Positions 55,372 to 64,000 of a stretch of DNA of 64,000 nucleotides are shown here, piece by piece. The position numbers and the translations under genes are program-made. Source of the stretch: a virus; the IMG/VR virus record IMGVR_UViG_3300047551_003251; one strand, written 5' to 3'. The notes under the pieces were generated by a model. It had not been told where the DNA came from, did no database searches, and was given only the letters and a program-made list of their open reading frames with translations. The number at the start of each line of letters is the position of its first letter. The stretch's first letter is position 1.

Positions 55372-56082
55372 ATGTCGGAAGCGCCTAAGATAACGATTTG
55401 CGTTCTAACTTATGGCGACCACCCCGAGTACTTGGAACGCTGCATGCGTTCCATATTCAAAACAGTTGCTTTAGAGCAGCTGGAGTTACGTATTGCCATG
55501 AACGCGCCCAGCGATCGTATCCGTAAATGGGTTGGAAACTGGGCCGACATGGCGTACGTGTACGATTCGCATCAAAATATCTTGAAGTATCCAATGATGC
55601 GCAAGATGTTTTATGACGATCCGCCAATTACTACACCGTATGTAATGTGGTTTGATGACGATAGTTATCTCAATGGTTTTGAAATTGATAAACATAAGAA
55701 TGCGTTGTGGCTGCCTCGCGTAGAGGCAGCGATGCAAACTTATGATTTAATAGGCGCTCCATTTGTTTGCCCGTGGCAAGGTAATCAAAGAGATTGGGTA
55801 GCGCAGCAGCCGTGGTACACCAATCGCCCGCTTCGTGATAAAACGCATTTTTGCGTAGGTGGTTGGTGGTGCGCAAACATGGAATTGTTACGGGCTGTGA
55901 ATTACCCGTGGCCTGAACTTACGCATAATGGCGGAGACACCATGCTTGGTGAGTGCGCATATCAGCAGAACTGGCGCGTCGGTAACTTTCGTGACGGTGT
56001 AGTTATTAATGCTAATTTACAAGGAAAAGAAGCTGCTGCCCCACGGCGCGGTTTTTCAGAGAAGAAACCACTTGGTGCTTAA
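55372..56082 (+). CDS. GT2/GT-A glycosyltransferase
   Basis: ITICVLTYG...L.RC..SI, N, MWFDDDSY (DxD), NGGDTMLG. Confidence 0.8.
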   Translation: MSEAPKITICVLTYGDHPEYLERCMRSIFKTVALEQLELRIAMNAPSDRIRKWVGNWADMAYVYDSHQNILKYPMMRKMFYDDPPITTPYVMWFDDDSYLNGFEIDKHKNALWLPRVEAAMQTYDLIGAPFVCPWQGNQRDWVAQQPWYTNRPLRDKTHFCVGGWWCANMELLRAVNYPWPELTHNGGDTMLGECAYQQNWRVGNFRDGVVINANLQGKEAAAPRRGFSEKKPLGA

Positions 56083-56456
56083 TGGAGATTGAGTCTCGTT
56101 TTATTACTGTTGCGGATTCCAGTAGAGCAACAGATGGTCGAATATATTGTGAGTTTGATGTTCTAGGTGGTGAGCGCTGGTTGGTGTGCAATGCGCCTGT
56201 AACGGCAAATTCTCCTTACGGCATTGTTGCACGAACTGGTCCAGCTCATTTTCCTTTAGTTCCATATCGGGTGAAGATGTCACCTGTGGCGATTGCGGCG
56301 CTTAGCGCTTATCTAGGCGCTTTGGTTGTTGCGCAGCTGGGCGACGCTTACAAACTCCAAAAAATAATTCAAGCGGTTGGTAACCCGGTTGTTACAACAG
56401 ATGTTGAAGATGAGGTAATTGTGCATTTTGGATTTGCACTTCAGTTAAAGGGTTAG
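56082..56456 (+). CDS. Hypothetical protein
   Basis: TAATG coupling. Confidence 0.65.
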   Translation: MEIESRFITVADSSRATDGRIYCEFDVLGGERWLVCNAPVTANSPYGIVARTGPAHFPLVPYRVKMSPVAIAALSAYLGALVVAQLGDAYKLQKIIQAVGNPVVTTDVEDEVIVHFGFALQLKG

Positions 56457-56458
56457 TT

Positions 56459-56827
56459 ATGCACAAGATTGAAGAATTGGCTGGTAAGTTGATGGATTTT
56501 TCTACGCAGCTTGCGATGTGTAGCTCGCGTTATGTCGAGTTGGCAAGCCTGTTGAAAGACGTTGATGCTGTAAAGTTTCAAGGATTGTCTTGCGTGTTAG
56601 ACACAGGCACGCAAACAATTGCATTCAAAATCACATTCGATGACCTTACGGAAAGTGCTGCCGATAAGGCTGTAGATGAAATAGAGAAACAAGCTTCTGA
56701 TTACGCGACGCGTATCGGTTTGCTGTGGAGTCAGGTTCATTCTTTGGCTTCAACCGTAAAAGACAATTTGGCGAATGCTCCGGCTGGCCCCGAACCGCAA
56801 GTCTTTAAGGTGGAAGATGACAACTGA
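56459..56827 (+). CDS. Hypothetical protein
   Basis: ORF in operon. Confidence 0.65.
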   Translation: MHKIEELAGKLMDFSTQLAMCSSRYVELASLLKDVDAVKFQGLSCVLDTGTQTIAFKITFDDLTESAADKAVDEIEKQASDYATRIGLLWSQVHSLASTVKDNLANAPAGPEPQVFKVEDDN

Positions 56828-57677
56828 AGCCAAGTTGCCGCGTTATAACCTGGCCAAAGCTTTAACAATCAAAGATCAATTGCTAGCGTCGTTGTCAATT
56901 TTTACAGAAAGGTTAGTTGACGCGCAGTTAATTGAATCTTTGGTTGAGTGCAGTCAGGCATTTTTACCAAGACGCACCCCTGGTTTTGCATTGCATGATA
57001 TTTTTAGAGGTTATGCAGGTCAGCGGCTGTCAGTAGATGATTTGAATCAAATAGCTTGGCGGATAGCAGGTAATGCTACGAGTATTGCAGACGGCAGTAG
57101 TGTTTTGCCGGCGACCATTAATACGTTATCTTCAATTGGATGGACTCCTGTAGAGCTACTGCGCTTATGGCCTATCCGGCGCGGCAAGCATTTAATGTGC
57201 GATATTCGACTAATCGCACTGGCTGGTTCGGCTGCGGGCATGGAAATTGATACATGCTGGTCTTACAAGTTTGTTCCAGTCGTAGCGTTAAATGTAGGGT
57301 TTACACCGCAGTACAAAAAACGTCCGATTATGGACCCGACAGAGTTAGTTGGTTTGTGGTTTTACACAAAATTCAAGCCTAACTATGTTGGAGACGGTGT
57401 TACAATTGACGGCGTTGCGTGCCCTAGCGCGTGTACGCAGCATAATCGTGAAATCATTGATATGCGGCGCCGTATTACGCCGTGCCCGCAGAAGTTTACG
57501 CACCCCTGCAGCCGTTGTGCAGTTGGTCGTGACCGTTGTATGGCCGCTACGCATCGTTTAACGTATCGGCTTGCTGTTTGTGCGCTGTGTAAAAAACGGA
57601 ACCCTATCGATGACGAGTGCAGTACAACAACTTGTATACACTGCTGGCAAGGACATAGAACCGCAAGGCACGGCTAA
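56817..57677 (+). CDS. Hypothetical protein with Cys/His-rich C-terminus
   Basis: Start ATG 56817; CPSAC..H, CP....HPC..C.....C, CALC, C....CIHC. Confidence 0.65.
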   Translation: MTTEAKLPRYNLAKALTIKDQLLASLSIFTERLVDAQLIESLVECSQAFLPRRTPGFALHDIFRGYAGQRLSVDDLNQIAWRIAGNATSIADGSSVLPATINTLSSIGWTPVELLRLWPIRRGKHLMCDIRLIALAGSAAGMEIDTCWSYKFVPVVALNVGFTPQYKKRPIMDPTELVGLWFYTKFKPNYVGDGVTIDGVACPSACTQHNREIIDMRRRITPCPQKFTHPCSRCAVGRDRCMAATHRLTYRLAVCALCKKRNPIDDECSTTTCIHCWQGHRTARHG

Positions 57678-58188
57678 GAAGGCTGTGTTTTTTGATCGTG
57701 ACGGTACGTTGATTAAGGACGTAGGTTACTTAAATGACACCGCGCAGATAGAGTTATTGCCGAATGTAGTTGAATCTTTGCAGCGATTACAGGCGCTTGG
57801 TTATGCTTTGTTCGTTGTAACAAATCAATCAGGTGTTGGCCGCGGTTACTTTAGCGAATACTTTGTACAGCTTACGCACGCGTATCTAGATTTAGTATTT
57901 ACGCATCGCAACGTTAAAATTTCAAAATGGTTTTACTGCCCGCATTCTGCTAAAGACGAGTGTACGTGTAGAAAGCCAGGTTTGGGCATGGTCTCCAATT
58001 TAACTGGTATAGCTTGGGAACATAGCTGGATGCTAGGTGACAAAATTACCGATGTCCAGTTTGGTTTGAATGCTGGAATGCGTTCAATTCTTATTGATTC
58101 AAATGGCGATAACGGTGTTTTGTTTTCTACAGTCCCGGATATACAGAAAGCAGTGGAGGTGATCTGTGCCAATGAAACCAATTCGTAA
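57610..58188 (+). CDS. gmhB: D,D-heptose-1,7-bisphosphate phosphatase (HAD family)
   Basis: FFDRDGTL, VTNQSG, CPH...C.CRKP, GDKITD. Confidence 0.85.
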   Translation: MTSAVQQLVYTAGKDIEPQGTAKKAVFFDRDGTLIKDVGYLNDTAQIELLPNVVESLQRLQALGYALFVVTNQSGVGRGYFSEYFVQLTHAYLDLVFTHRNVKISKWFYCPHSAKDECTCRKPGLGMVSNLTGIAWEHSWMLGDKITDVQFGLNAGMRSILIDSNGDNGVLFSTVPDIQKAVEVICANETNS

Positions 58189-58573
58189 CGGCAAAAAATG
58201 CGGACCTAATGAATCATGTCCGTGCGGTAGTCAGAAAAAGCTTAAGAAGTGCTGTAAAAAAGCTTCTCACAGATTGCCGCGACAGGTCTACCCTGCACGA
58301 GCTATTGCCAGTAATCCAGATTTTTTGGCTATAGCCGGAACTAAGGTAATCAGCGAAATCACGCAGTTGTTAGTTAATAACAACTTACCGGGACAGCTGG
58401 TTTACTTGTTCTATCAAACAGGTACCGTTTTTTCAGAGTACAACATTAGATTTTTGACCGAGCAAGCGGCGCAGACTGTTATCGGCCACATTCAACGGTG
58501 GTCTAATATGTCAACGGAGCAACAACAAGCTTGGTTAGATAACTGGAGACAAGATTATGACGATGCAGATTAG
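58166..58573 (+). CDS. SEC-C motif protein
   Basis: GPNESCPCGSQKKLKKCC. Confidence 0.8.
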   Translation: MPMKPIRNGKKCGPNESCPCGSQKKLKKCCKKASHRLPRQVYPARAIASNPDFLAIAGTKVISEITQLLVNNNLPGQLVYLFYQTGTVFSEYNIRFLTEQAAQTVIGHIQRWSNMSTEQQQAWLDNWRQDYDDAD

Positions 58574-59129
58574 ACCAAACGGTAACGGTCCAGCACTTTC
58601 ACCGTCGCGGGATATTGCATACCGTTTTGTTGAAATTACAGCAGCAGGTATGACGCTTCTAACACTGGAGCAGCTGCGGGATGAAGATAGATTGTTGCTT
58701 GACCAGCTGCCTGATGGTTTAAAAACCGTGCAGGATTGTGCGACCGCCCTTGGTAACGCAATTACTCGGTTTGTGGGACCGCAGCGTGCGTCAGATGTAG
58801 TTACTGCGTTGCGTGATTCCGGCTATCTAGACGCGCCGCCGATTGCGCGCTTTCTTGTTGAAGCTGCAATTGGGCGTGCCTTATTTTCGTTCGGGTGCCA
58901 TGGTTTGCGCGAAGTGACTTATGCCGGGTTTACGCAGCCTGGCGAATGTAAGTTGCAATCTGCGTTAATTGCTAGTGGGTTTTTAAACGATACTGATTCG
59001 TTTAAACAGCATCTTGATGCAGTTGCTGCAGCGCAACTGCAGTTTCGCGTAGATGAGCTAGAACGCGAGAACGAACGTTTACGTCGCGCAATTCAGTATG
59101 ACCGTGCGAAGTTAAAGGAAATTGAATGA
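58557..59129 (+). CDS. Hypothetical protein
   Basis: ORF in operon, C-terminal coiled coil. Confidence 0.65.
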   Translation: MTMQIRPNGNGPALSPSRDIAYRFVEITAAGMTLLTLEQLRDEDRLLLDQLPDGLKTVQDCATALGNAITRFVGPQRASDVVTALRDSGYLDAPPIARFLVEAAIGRALFSFGCHGLREVTYAGFTQPGECKLQSALIASGFLNDTDSFKQHLDAVAAAQLQFRVDELERENERLRRAIQYDRAKLKEIE

Positions 59130-59863
59130 ATACAGCTGACAAGCTGATGATAAAGGAGTTAAACACTCGCGGGTTTCGTTTCCCAGCCGCGTTTGTGGCA
59201 ATGGATGCAGAGACGACAGCAGAAGGACAATATGGGAGACTGCCGGTTCAACTTGCGCTAGTTGAAGTTGAAGACGGTAAAGTCAAAGACACGTTTGAAA
59301 TCTTTTTAAATTGGGGCGTCGGTACTGATATACCGCCGCAGGCTTTCCATAGTGAGTTAAACAAAATCAACTTCATTATGGCGGCTAAAGGTGACACGTT
59401 TCCAATCACATACGACATGATTTGCCAACGCGGTGTACCTGCCATTGCTGGGTTAAAGCAGTTTATTGGTAAATTGCTGCAATACATCAATGCGCGTACT
59501 CCTATTATTGGGCATAACATCCACGGGTTTGATGCACGCATGCTCGACGCCATTACTGAGCGTTACCTGATGGGTTGGTTGGCGCCTTGGAAAGAAACGT
59601 TGGTGCTTGACACAGGGTTGTTTGAAAAGGCACTTAATGACGATCTGTTTTGTTACACTGGTGAACCGTTAGATTCTTGGCAGCGCCGCGTCGCCAATGT
59701 CCGCTCGTCTACCAAATGGAACCTTAAAGGGTGCATTACGAAATACGGACTGCAGGAAAAAATGGCGGGGCAGCCGGCGCATAATGCGGTTGCCGACAGT
59801 ATGGCTGTAATTCATTTAACTGACGTTTTTAACCAAATTTTGGCAGGTACATACAGTGGCTAA
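59126..59863 (+). CDS. DnaQ-like DEDDh 3'-5' exonuclease
   Basis: MDAETT, GHNIHGFD, HNAVAD. Confidence 0.85.
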   Translation: MNTADKLMIKELNTRGFRFPAAFVAMDAETTAEGQYGRLPVQLALVEVEDGKVKDTFEIFLNWGVGTDIPPQAFHSELNKINFIMAAKGDTFPITYDMICQRGVPAIAGLKQFIGKLLQYINARTPIIGHNIHGFDARMLDAITERYLMGWLAPWKETLVLDTGLFEKALNDDLFCYTGEPLDSWQRRVANVRSSTKWNLKGCITKYGLQEKMAGQPAHNAVADSMAVIHLTDVFNQILAGTYSG

Positions 59864-60509
59864 ATCTGATAGCAGTCCAGATCTGATCCGTGGAAAACTG
59901 GCAATATTTCGTGATCCCGAGATTTTTAAATCTAAGGTTCATGCAGTGCTGCCGGAGCATAAACGGATTGTAGGATTGGACGTTGCTACCACGACCGGAG
60001 TGGCTTGGTGCGATATTATTCCAAGCAAGCCCACTCAAAATAACGTAATCATTGGTGCCAATTGGGATCTCTCAATTGGCAACTTTGATACGACACCGCT
60101 GCGAATACTGCGATTGTACAAGCTGCTTGAAGTGCTGGAGCCTGATTTGATTGTATTTGAGCGCGTGCGTCATACGCCTAATCAGCAAATGATTCGGCAG
60201 CTTAAATCGATTGCTGCAGTTGTAGCAAAGGCAGCCACATCAATCGAATTGATAGGCGCCCTGACAGCCGCACTTTCGGTCTGGGCACAGCAGCGCGATA
60301 TTCCAGTACAGGGCGTGGGTATTCAAGAGATTAAGAAGTTTGCCACAGGAAGTGGCGCAGCTAGCAAGGTTGACATGATCAACGCAGCAAATGAAAAGTT
60401 TGATGCAAAATTGCAGGTTGAGAATTACGAGAAGACAGGAGCGGATAATATTGCAGATGCGATGTTTCTGGCCAGCATGGCCGTCGAACACTATGGGGAC
60501 GCTATTTGA
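59856..60509 (+). CDS. RuvC-like Holliday junction resolvase
   Basis: VGLDVATTTGVA, IVFE, IKKFATGSG.ASK..MI, NIADA. Confidence 0.82.
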   Translation: MAKSDSSPDLIRGKLAIFRDPEIFKSKVHAVLPEHKRIVGLDVATTTGVAWCDIIPSKPTQNNVIIGANWDLSIGNFDTTPLRILRLYKLLEVLEPDLIVFERVRHTPNQQMIRQLKSIAAVVAKAATSIELIGALTAALSVWAQQRDIPVQGVGIQEIKKFATGSGAASKVDMINAANEKFDAKLQVENYEKTGADNIADAMFLASMAVEHYGDAI

Positions 60510-61171
60510 TGAGTGGACTTCCACAAAGTTATCAACCTTTGAATTTGAGCACCGTGCAGGTGCTGCAAGAATCTGAAACACTTTCTTGGCAATCATTTAA
60601 TGGAGGCTATCGTGCTTTATTCAAACATATAGACGGTCGGGTATGGCAAGCGGTTATTGATCGTGCACGGAATGCAGAAACATTAACGCTGTCTACGCCG
60701 GGTTGTCGGCAGTACAGCTTTTTTGCGCCAAATCTTGTAAAAGTGCGAAATACCGCGAATTATTTTGCGCGGTTACCTCGTGAGGTATATTGTAGACTTG
60801 TAGCTGACGCGCGGCCTACACAAACACATCCAGATACGGGTGTGTCAGTCGTTGTACTGGCGATGCCGCTCAACCCTAGCGCCGGTACGGCTATGTCTGA
60901 GCGTGCGCTGACTTACATGGGTAAGGTGAACACAGACAATACGATTACGCTGTATCCGACAAACGAAGAGTTAAGTAATTTACTGTACGCAATTGGAGAT
61001 TACTGCGAATCAATACCTGTGCTGGATCATACTCTGCAGGAAGTAAGTGTTGAGAATATACAGGAACAATTACAACAAACGCCTGTGTATGCCGCGCTGG
61101 AAACAGCAGCGCGTGATTTAACTAAAAATCTATTCGCAGCCCGGCCAGCTCGTCGGGTAATTAGTTTATAG
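60509..61171 (+). CDS. Hypothetical protein
   Basis: TGATG coupling. Confidence 0.65.
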   Translation: MSGLPQSYQPLNLSTVQVLQESETLSWQSFNGGYRALFKHIDGRVWQAVIDRARNAETLTLSTPGCRQYSFFAPNLVKVRNTANYFARLPREVYCRLVADARPTQTHPDTGVSVVVLAMPLNPSAGTAMSERALTYMGKVNTDNTITLYPTNEELSNLLYAIGDYCESIPVLDHTLQEVSVENIQEQLQQTPVYAALETAARDLTKNLFAARPARRVISL

Positions 61172-61178
61172 GTGTCAC

Positions 61179-61547
61179 ATGGAAATCAATGAAATAGACA
61201 AGGTTGTCGAAGATGTTAAATTGGCTACTACTATCAAGTACATTACGGATGATGCGAACACGCTTGTAAGCCAGAGCCCGGCGGCGCAAACTGCTATTTC
61301 AGTTTTAATACTGGCGGAGCGCTTAAAGGTATGCGCAGAAGCAGCATTGCATTACGAGGTTACAGAAGCGTGGGATGTGGAAAACGCAAACAAAGTTTTC
61401 GCTGTAATGCGATCTGCTGCTGTAGAATCTGCAGCTAAACAATACACCGCCGCTGAGCTGTTCGAGTCAATCGTGCTGTACGCGTTGCCTTTTGTAGATG
61501 TTCTAGTTCGGTCCGCATCAATCAAGCCGCAGGAAACTACGGAATAA
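61179..61547 (+). CDS. Hypothetical protein
   Basis: SD AGGT. Confidence 0.65.
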   Translation: MEINEIDKVVEDVKLATTIKYITDDANTLVSQSPAAQTAISVLILAERLKVCAEAALHYEVTEAWDVENANKVFAVMRSAAVESAAKQYTAAELFESIVLYALPFVDVLVRSASIKPQETTE

Positions 61548-61549
61548 CA

Positions 61550-62164
61550 ATGGATTTGCCAGGAAGGCCTAAAAAAGATAGTTGGGGACGTGTAGAGCGC
61601 GCAGACTACACTGTTCCGGTGGTTACGTTGAATCACACGCTTGCTGATGTTGCTCGGCGTAACGTATTTTTTACTCCCGCGCTGATGCTGCAAGCCGGTG
61701 GATTTGATCGCGATCCTGTTTCGTTAGCTGCAGTAATACTTGGACTAGAGCGCGAGATAAAAGCTTACGATTGCCCGGTCGACATCTTTAAAGATATTAA
61801 TTTCGGGCCGCTGCCTGTTCCAAATGGTCATCAAATGGTCAACTGGAACAGGCGGCTTTATTTTGTGGAAAACACGCACTGGCAGCAAGTACGCGATTAC
61901 ATTTTAAGTATTGCTTGGATTCATCCCGACAAGGGTGTGTTTACTACAGTTATGACTGTTGTAGACATATTCATGCACAAACCGGCGCAAAAAGTGTTAA
62001 GCATTTCTTGCTTTCAACCAAAGCATGACAATAAGATTTGTGTACTGGAGTGTGCCGGTATGACTGACGTGTATCCTAGACCGGTGTGGCGGTCCTGTGA
62101 TAGTTTTATGCAACGGTCGTTAATTTACGACAATAAACCGCAAGGAGGTAACAATGCGAGCTGA
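61550..62164 (+). CDS. Hypothetical protein
   Basis: ORF in operon. Confidence 0.6.
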   Translation: MDLPGRPKKDSWGRVERADYTVPVVTLNHTLADVARRNVFFTPALMLQAGGFDRDPVSLAAVILGLEREIKAYDCPVDIFKDINFGPLPVPNGHQMVNWNRRLYFVENTHWQQVRDYILSIAWIHPDKGVFTTVMTVVDIFMHKPAQKVLSISCFQPKHDNKICVLECAGMTDVYPRPVWRSCDSFMQRSLIYDNKPQGGNNAS

Positions 62165-62429
62165 ACTGAAAATTCTTACTGGTTTAAGCGTGAAGTCTAC
62201 AACGTTTGATGAAGAGAACAGTAAGGTGGTACTTGACTTAAGTAATTTGGGTGGCAGTTCTATCTTCCCTATTTTGCACGTAGTGGCAGTCGGCGCTAAC
62301 GGTCGGAGAAATGAATCGATTATTGCGTTGAGCGGTAGGAACGGTCGTGCTTCTATTGTTAAACCGCAAGATGATTTTCCATTCGATTCAGAAGACAACT
62401 ACGACGATAATGAAAAGGATGTGGAATGA
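62154..62429 (+). CDS. Hypothetical protein
   Basis: SD AAGGAGGT. Confidence 0.7.
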   Translation: MRAELKILTGLSVKSTTFDEENSKVVLDLSNLGGSSIFPILHVVAVGANGRRNESIIALSGRNGRASIVKPQDDFPFDSEDNYDDNEKDVE

Positions 62430-62857
62430 GCACGGTAATGCGAACAAAGTTTTTCGAGTGTAAGCAGTTTTATCGCAAAACACCGGGTGGAGATGCTACT
62501 AGTTGGCAACTGTTGCCGGAAAACTCAGGTTTGCCTGTAGATAAGCAACTTAATAACTGGCTTGAACAGACACAGTATCAGCTTGTTGGTCTTAGTGCGC
62601 CAGGTATTCAACATTTCTGGTTGGATGAAGCGCATGAGCTAAAGTGTCTGGTTGTCGGTATGATTGCTACTTACGTTGAATCACCAATTCCTGTTAATAC
62701 GGATATAGCGCCTCCGAACTTTGGCGGACCTGCTGGAGCTTATAATGACCGAAGAAACAACACCACCTTCCAACCACCCGCAGCAGGAATCCCAGGACCA
62801 AATCCCGCAGTCAACATCAGACGCCCAGCCGCAGCCTTCACAAATCCACCACGATAA
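62426..62857 (+). CDS. Hypothetical protein
   Basis: SD AAGGA, ATGA coupling. Confidence 0.6.
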   Translation: MSTVMRTKFFECKQFYRKTPGGDATSWQLLPENSGLPVDKQLNNWLEQTQYQLVGLSAPGIQHFWLDEAHELKCLVVGMIATYVESPIPVNTDIAPPNFGGPAGAYNDRRNNTTFQPPAAGIPGPNPAVNIRRPAAAFTNPPR

Positions 62858-63314
62858 AGCTGCGTTATTGCAAGATGCGGCCGAGCAGCAGTTAATGCGA
62901 CGGTTGTTAAACCAACAGTCGCAAAACAAGCCTACTGCGTTTTACTTGGTAGTCTGCAGTGATGATGCGGCCCCCAAGTTGCACAAATTTGATACGGTAG
63001 AAGCGCTTATTTCAGCGTTCAATCGTTTAGAGAATTCGCATGTGTTTGTGTTTGCGTTTATGGGGCATCACCTTCCAGTCAGCGTACCGCCGCATCGTTA
63101 TTTGATCACACCGATGGGTCCGCTTCCGATGTTTAACCCACCGTCTGTTGATAACTTACAAATAGATACGGTCGGTTATTTAGGTGACATGCACGCCGAA
63201 AATGTTATGTCTGAAGCTCTAGCTGAATTTGAAAATACTGCACCGCCGCCGGTAGTTAATAACAACTATGAAGCGGAAGAACCTGATGCAGATGACGAAC
63301 TTTCAGTTCACTAA
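62745..63314 (+). CDS. Hypothetical protein
   Basis: Start ATG 62745 after GGAG; 113-nt overlap with the previous gene. Confidence 0.6.
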   Translation: MTEETTPPSNHPQQESQDQIPQSTSDAQPQPSQIHHDKAALLQDAAEQQLMRRLLNQQSQNKPTAFYLVVCSDDAAPKLHKFDTVEALISAFNRLENSHVFVFAFMGHHLPVSVPPHRYLITPMGPLPMFNPPSVDNLQIDTVGYLGDMHAENVMSEALAEFENTAPPPVVNNNYEAEEPDADDELSVH

Positions 63315-63329
63315 ATTTTGGCAAAAATT

Positions 63330-63344
63330 GCGTCATATAAGGTG
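63330..63344 (+). promoter_or_regulatory. Conserved upstream motif GCGTCATATAAGGTG (copy C)
   Basis: Exact match to 13201-13215. Confidence 0.6.
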
Positions 63345-63399
63345 CGCTATTAGCTATGCGGATATAGCTAGGCGTTAACTTTATTAGGAGGCTTTTGCC

Positions 63400-64000
63400 A
63401 TGACGACGGAAAGAAAGTTTAAGTTTGATTCTCCTGAAGCCGCTGTGCAGTACGCGCAGATTTTGAAGCGCGATCGCAGTGTTGCGGAGTTGATGCGTCG
63501 AACCGTAGCATTCCAATGGATTACCTTAGACGGTAGTCCAGTCCCGGAATTTGCTAAACCGGGTGAAGTCGCCCTCGCCGTTGCGTCCAGTGGTAAACTG
63601 GACGATCGGGAAATATCCCGATTTACGGTGCTTCAATATGATTCAATTTTGGATCGCACTGGTGGAGTTCTGTGCGATTGGGATATGTGTCGTATTGCGC
63701 GGCACGTTGGTCCGCCCAACGTACCACTCGTAGGGCATTATTTCTTCAACGTGGCCTTGGCTTTGGACAAGGCGCGCGAGTCGGCTGCTCTAGCTGACAA
63801 TCTCCCGCCACTGAATTCTATATTTGAGGTTTTGCCTCAAGTTTACAACCGCGTAGCTTCAACGCTGGCAATGCCGGTTGTAAATACGACCGGTAAAATC
63901 CGTTTGGCTAACCAAGTGCTTCAAGCACTACCTCAGGATTATGCCAAATGTTCCATGCTTGAGCAGTTGCAAGCAGCTCGCGCCGCGCTGACAAGCACGT
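63400..64000 (+). CDS. Hypothetical protein, 3'-truncated by window edge (not in ORF track)
   Basis: SD AGGAGG, ATG 63400 (MTTERKFKFDSPEAAVQY...), open to base 64000. Confidence 0.75.
   Translation, partial: MTTERKFKFDSPEAAVQYAQILKRDRSVAELMRRTVAFQWITLDGSPVPEFAKPGEVALAVASSGKLDDREISRFTVLQYDSILDRTGGVLCDWDMCRIARHVGPPNVPLVGHYFFNVALALDKARESAALADNLPPLNSIFEVLPQVYNRVASTLAMPVVNTTGKIRLANQVLQALPQDYAKCSMLEQLQAARAALTST

Noticed and set aside
341-63733. Numerous short antisense or alternate-frame ORFs in the ORF track (e.g. 16945..17541, 30438..31004, 21787..22179, 63551..63733)
   Set aside because: They are shadows of well-supported genes, with no SD or recognisable motifs.
1-64000. CRISPR array or cas1/cas2 accompanying the RAMP-like gene
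   Set aside because: No regularly spaced 25-45-bp direct repeats in any intergenic region, and no other cas genes recognised.
1-64000. Stop-codon reassignment (alternative genetic code)
   Set aside because: Conserved genes are full-length in code 11, and TAG and TGA both end genes at coupled junctions.
1-64000. Prophage or integrase signature
   Set aside because: No integrase, repressor or host-gene boundary in the window; lifestyle cannot be determined from this fragment.

Overview
64 kb fragment of a large tailed dsDNA phage (Caudoviricetes), probably infecting Planctomycetota. The host inference rests on a TIGR03067-like secreted protein and an AAA-ATPase/DUF1257/DUF2997/'RRASHVE' cluster. 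Layout: (1) 1-12.6 kb: sugar methyltransferases, four paralogous Cys-rich tail/baseplate-like proteins, and GT9 and GT2-like glycosyltransferases; (2) an opposite-strand endonuclease VII-type HNH gene; (3) 13.2-22.7 kb: early/accessory region with a duplicated structured leader, a ~600-nt hairpin-rich intergenic RNA candidate, the AAA cluster and a CsrA homolog; (4) 22.7-28.5 kb: minus-strand K-x-A-rich protein and GpA-type large terminase flanking an 888-aa plus-strand gene; (5) 28.5-36.3 kb: accessory genes including a GHKL-HExxH fusion and HldE; (6) 36.4-64 kb: replication/recombination module (SbcD/Mre11, SbcC/Rad50, an IS110/Nop-like protein, a RAMP/Cas7-like protein, SF2 helicase, DnaB-like helicase, primase, UDG-PolA fusion, RecA, GT2, GmhB, DnaQ-like and RuvC-like nucleases). 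Strongest leads: adjacent Nop/IS110-like and RAMP-like genes in the core replication operon (possible RNA-guided module; no guide array found), a dispersed ADP-heptose/protein-heptosylation system with Ser-rich virion acceptors, and uncharacterised structured RNAs. All family assignments come from motif recognition by eye; no database searches were run.
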